From the NCBI GenBank assembly GCA_018398765.1, contig JAHBMJ010000410.1, forward strand, positions 109,165 through 129,164: DNA of 20,000 nucleotides. The letters run 5' to 3'. The DNA is from Chromera velia (Eukaryota). Below are positions 18,101 through 20,000 of the stretch, piece after piece. The position numbers and the translations under genes were made by a program. Position 1 is the stretch's first letter. Each line of letters starts with the position of its first letter. The notes beneath the pieces are model-generated. The model saw nothing but the letters and a program-made list of their open reading frames with translations, made no database searches and was not told the origin of the DNA.

Positions 18101-20000
18101 TCTTTCGAAGGTCACCTTCAGACAGGTTGACCTCACCCCTCCAGCAGACATCCCCAAAGACCTTCTCTGGTCAGTCCAGTGGGAGGAGGTTTCGAAGATC
18201 GATGCAGAAAAGCCTGCCGAGCTCCCTGAGGACCTCTCCGTGGTCACCGATGCCCCAGAGGACCTTGGAGACGGCATCTCTTCATCCAAACTCCCTCCAA
18301 GCGACGGAGATCTGGATGACCTTCTGTCGAGTGCAAAAGGTCCTCTCGTGTTTGCAACCGGTCTTTCTGACCGCGTCGGTGCTGTCGAGTGTGCGGGAGG
18401 GCTTCTTCGAGTTTCCCAGGCGCTCTCTCGACTTGCAGGCAAGAAGGCGGCTCTCCCCTCTGTGACTGTTGTCACACGACTTGCTATGGCTACAGGTTCA
18501 GGGGAAGAGGTGTCTTCCCTTCCCGTCCACGCAGGTCTCTGGGGTCTGGCCCGGACGTCCCGACTGGAGGTGGAGATGCAGGCAGGTACTGTTCTTCCCC
18601 TCAAATGCGTGGATGTCGAAGCGCCCCTCCCTCTCTCTCCTGAAGCCCTGGCAACTGCCCTGACAGTCTCCTCGACAACACCCCTGACAGACGCCGAGTT
18701 GGCAATCCGGGGTGATGCCCTGCTGGCTGCTCGACTTGCAAAGTCGAAAGTGGAGGTCAGAGGTGCCATTGAGCTTCACATGCCTTCACGCGGAGCAATT
18801 TCGAACCTGAAGTTGAGGCCTCAGTCGGAGGCAGGGAGGGTCGCTCCCCCCAAGGGGGCTGTGGAGGTGCGCATCCGTGCCATCGGTCTGAACTTCCGTG
18901 ACGTCCTCAACGTCATGGGACTGTACCCGGGAGACCCCGGTCCCCCCGGAGCAGACTGCGCCGGAACGATCGTCCGTGTCGGGCCGGGTGTCACGAAGTT
19001 CAAGCCAGGAGACGACGTCTTTGGCATTGCGCAAGGCTGCCTGAAGAGTTACTGCACAACTGACTCACACCTTCTTTCTCGCAAGCCTGAGTCCATGACC
19101 TTTGAGGAGGCTTCTGCCCTCCCTGTGGTGTATGTGACCGTCGAGTATGCTTTCCGAGATCTCGCGAAGCTGAAGAAGGGAGAGCGCGTGCTGTGCCACG
19201 CGGTGACTGGAGGGGTGGGCATTGCTGCCATCCAGTACTGCAAGGCGATCGGTGCAGAGATCTACGGTACGTGCAGCGAGAAGAAGGTTGAGACGGCACT
19301 GGCCATGGGAGTCAGTGGCGTGGCCAGCTCCCGAGATCCCAAGAAATTCTCTGAGGAGATGGCTGCGTTGCTCGGTGACAAAAAGATCGATGTGGTTCTG
19401 AATTCCTTCAATGAGGAGTACATCCCTGAGTCCCTCAAGCTGCTGGCGAAGGGAGGGCGCTTCATGGAGATCGGCAAGCGCGGCATCTGGACGGCCGAAG
19501 AGATGAAGAAAGCCCGACCGGATGTGCACTACGAGACGATCGCTGTGGACCACATGATGGAAGAGAACCCCCCGTGGTTCGGAGGTATGCTCGATCGCGT
19601 GCGGAAGAATGTCGATGGAGGCAGCATCACGCCGATGAACCTCCAGGTGTTCGACATGTACGACGCCAACAACGGAGGCATCGCTGCGATGCGGTTCATG
19701 CAGCGCGCACAGCACATCGGAAAGGTGGTGATCAAGATTCCGTCTGCTCTTGGAGAGAAGACGGGCAAGGGCAAGACCTATGCCATCACCGGTGGTCTGG
19801 GTGGTCTTGGTATTTTGGTAGCTGCGTGGATGGTTGAGGAAGGTGCAAAGAAGATCTTGCTTCTGTCCAGACGCGGCAAGCCTGACGAGGCAACAGAGCA
19901 GAGTGAAGCCTGGAAGTGGCTGAAGTCCTCGTGCGCTGAGGTCGTCCCGATGAAGTGTGACGTCTCCGTGAAGGCCGACTGCGAGAAGCTCGCGTCCACT
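3190..20000 (+). CDS. Modular type I polyketide synthase / fatty acid synthase I (FAAL-ACP-KS-AT*-DH-ER-KR-ACP-KS-AT-DH-ER-KR...), spliced, 3' end outside window; exons 3190-4323, 4584-4727, 5157-5253, 5621-5895, 6316-6645, 6995-11272, 11593-15377, 15611->20000
   Basis: Seven GT-AG introns join the frames without a stop (14433 nt = 4811 codons). Junctions rebuild conserved motifs (NYFPQ|DIE, GVTV-RVVDP, RQ|VDLTP, CIRS-ALAKAG). All standard PKS domain motifs are found in order. Layout matches apicomplexan FAS1/PKS megasynthases. Confidence 0.95.
4324..4583 (+). other. PKS intron 1 (260 nt, phase 0)
   Basis: GTCAGT...TTGCAG; candidate branch point GCTAAC at 4503-4508. Confidence 0.88.
4584..4727 (+). 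CDS. PKS exon 2 (FAAL)
   Basis: KFHSVGVRSWMFAPAFGLAENTLFVTG (A5-type YGLAE motif); flanked by TTGCAG and GTCAGT. Confidence 0.9.
4728..5156 (+). other. PKS intron 2 (429 nt, phase 0)
   Basis: GTCAGT...CTGCAG. Confidence 0.85.
5157..5253 (+). CDS. PKS exon 3 (FAAL), absent from the ORF track in this frame
   Basis: GEIATLNVPPSEEPDPSRLCLVSCGKAFPGVT contains the FAAL LVSCG motif; flanked by CTGCAG and GTCCGT. Confidence 0.88.
5254..5620 (+). other. PKS intron 3 (367 nt, phase 1)
   Basis: GTCCGT...GCGCAG. Confidence 0.85.
5621..5895 (+). CDS. PKS exon 4 (FAAL)
   Basis: RVVDP...GEVWV...ARGY...LRTGDSGF...GRIKDMLIVRGRNYFPQ. Confidence 0.92.
5896..6315 (+). other. PKS intron 4 (420 nt, phase 0)
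   Basis: GTACGT...CTGCAG; restores NYFPQDIE; contains a compound microsatellite. Confidence 0.92.
6102..6222. repeat. Compound microsatellite (TC)~14 + (GT)n/(GTGC)n/(GC)n/(GT)n
   Basis: Read directly in intron 4. Confidence 0.95.
6316..6645 (+). CDS. PKS exon 5 (FAAL C-terminal subdomain)
   Basis: DIEEAV...VRKGCVACYS...LPKTSSGKVRR (A10 lysine). Confidence 0.92.
6646..6994 (+). other. PKS intron 5 (349 nt, phase 0), at the FAAL/linker boundary
   Basis: GTCCGT...(GCCT)5GCAG. Confidence 0.85.
6995..11272 (+). CDS. PKS exon 6: loading ACP, KS1, AT1 (degenerate), DH1
   Basis: ACP LGVDSMG (Ser 7307-7309). KS triad DTACSSS (Cys 8006-8008), EAHGTGT, KTNIGHLE. AT GQG...GHGVG...IACHS. DH DHVVNGTAIMPG and HPAVLDGALQ. 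Confidence 0.95.
11273..11592 (+). other. PKS intron 6 (320 nt, phase 0)
   Basis: GTTGGT...ATGCAG; the spliced LRQVDLTPAAEIPRDLIW matches uninterrupted module-2 FRQVDLTPPADIPKDLLW. Confidence 0.92.
11593..15377 (+). CDS. PKS exon 7: psi-KR1, ER1, KR1, ACP1, N-part of KS2
   Basis: HAGLWGFARTARLE. ER GLNFRDVL and LIHAATGGVG. KR ITGGLGALG, HAAGVLDDG (B-type), GQANYSAAN. ACP LGIDSLG (Ser 14314-14316). KS2 DTACSSS (Cys 15025-15027). Confidence 0.95.
15378..15610 (+). other. PKS intron 7 (233 nt, phase 2) within KS2
   Basis: GTCAGT...CTGCAG; restores AQQQCIRSALAKAGISP. Confidence 0.92.
15611..20000 (+). CDS. PKS exon 8 (open to window end, not in ORF track): C-part of KS2, AT2, DH2, psi-KR2, ER2, start of KR2
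   Basis: Hand translation from 15612 has no stop: ETHGTGT, KTNIGHLE, SSFGFGGANGH; AT FTGQGSQ, GHSLG (16419-16433), SHAFHS (malonyl-type); DH DHVVIEKVLFPG and HPAVLDGAFH; ER GLNFRDVL and LCHAVTGGVG; KR ITGGLGGLG. Confidence 0.93.

Overview
Eukaryotic genomic DNA with spliceosomal GT-AG introns, microsatellites and pyrimidine-rich acceptors. It is most likely an alveolate of the chromerid/apicomplexan lineage; a Chromera velia-like source is an inference from intron style and protein family. Two genes are arranged head to head. (1) Minus strand, 1924 to <1: a 5+ exon TPR-repeat protein resembling Hsp70/Hsp90 co-chaperones, running off the left edge. (2) Plus strand, 3190 to >20000: a giant modular type I PKS/FAS-I. 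I reconstructed 8 exons by hand, all phase-consistent, giving 4811 codons in the window with no stop. Its architecture is FAAL-ACP / KS-AT*-DH-psiKR-ER-KR-ACP / KS-AT-DH-psiKR-ER-KR..., the layout of apicomplexan FAS1/PKS megasynthases. The main anomaly is that the module-1 acyltransferase looks catalytically dead (GHSxG to GHGVG, HAFH to IACH) while every other module-1 active site is intact, so module 1 would need loading from elsewhere. Other points of note are a 115-aa [ST]PR-rich insert inside DH1, a missing KS-AT linker subdomain, module-specific introns, GTCAGT-type tandem donors, and a ~1.27 kb divergent promoter with repeated motifs.
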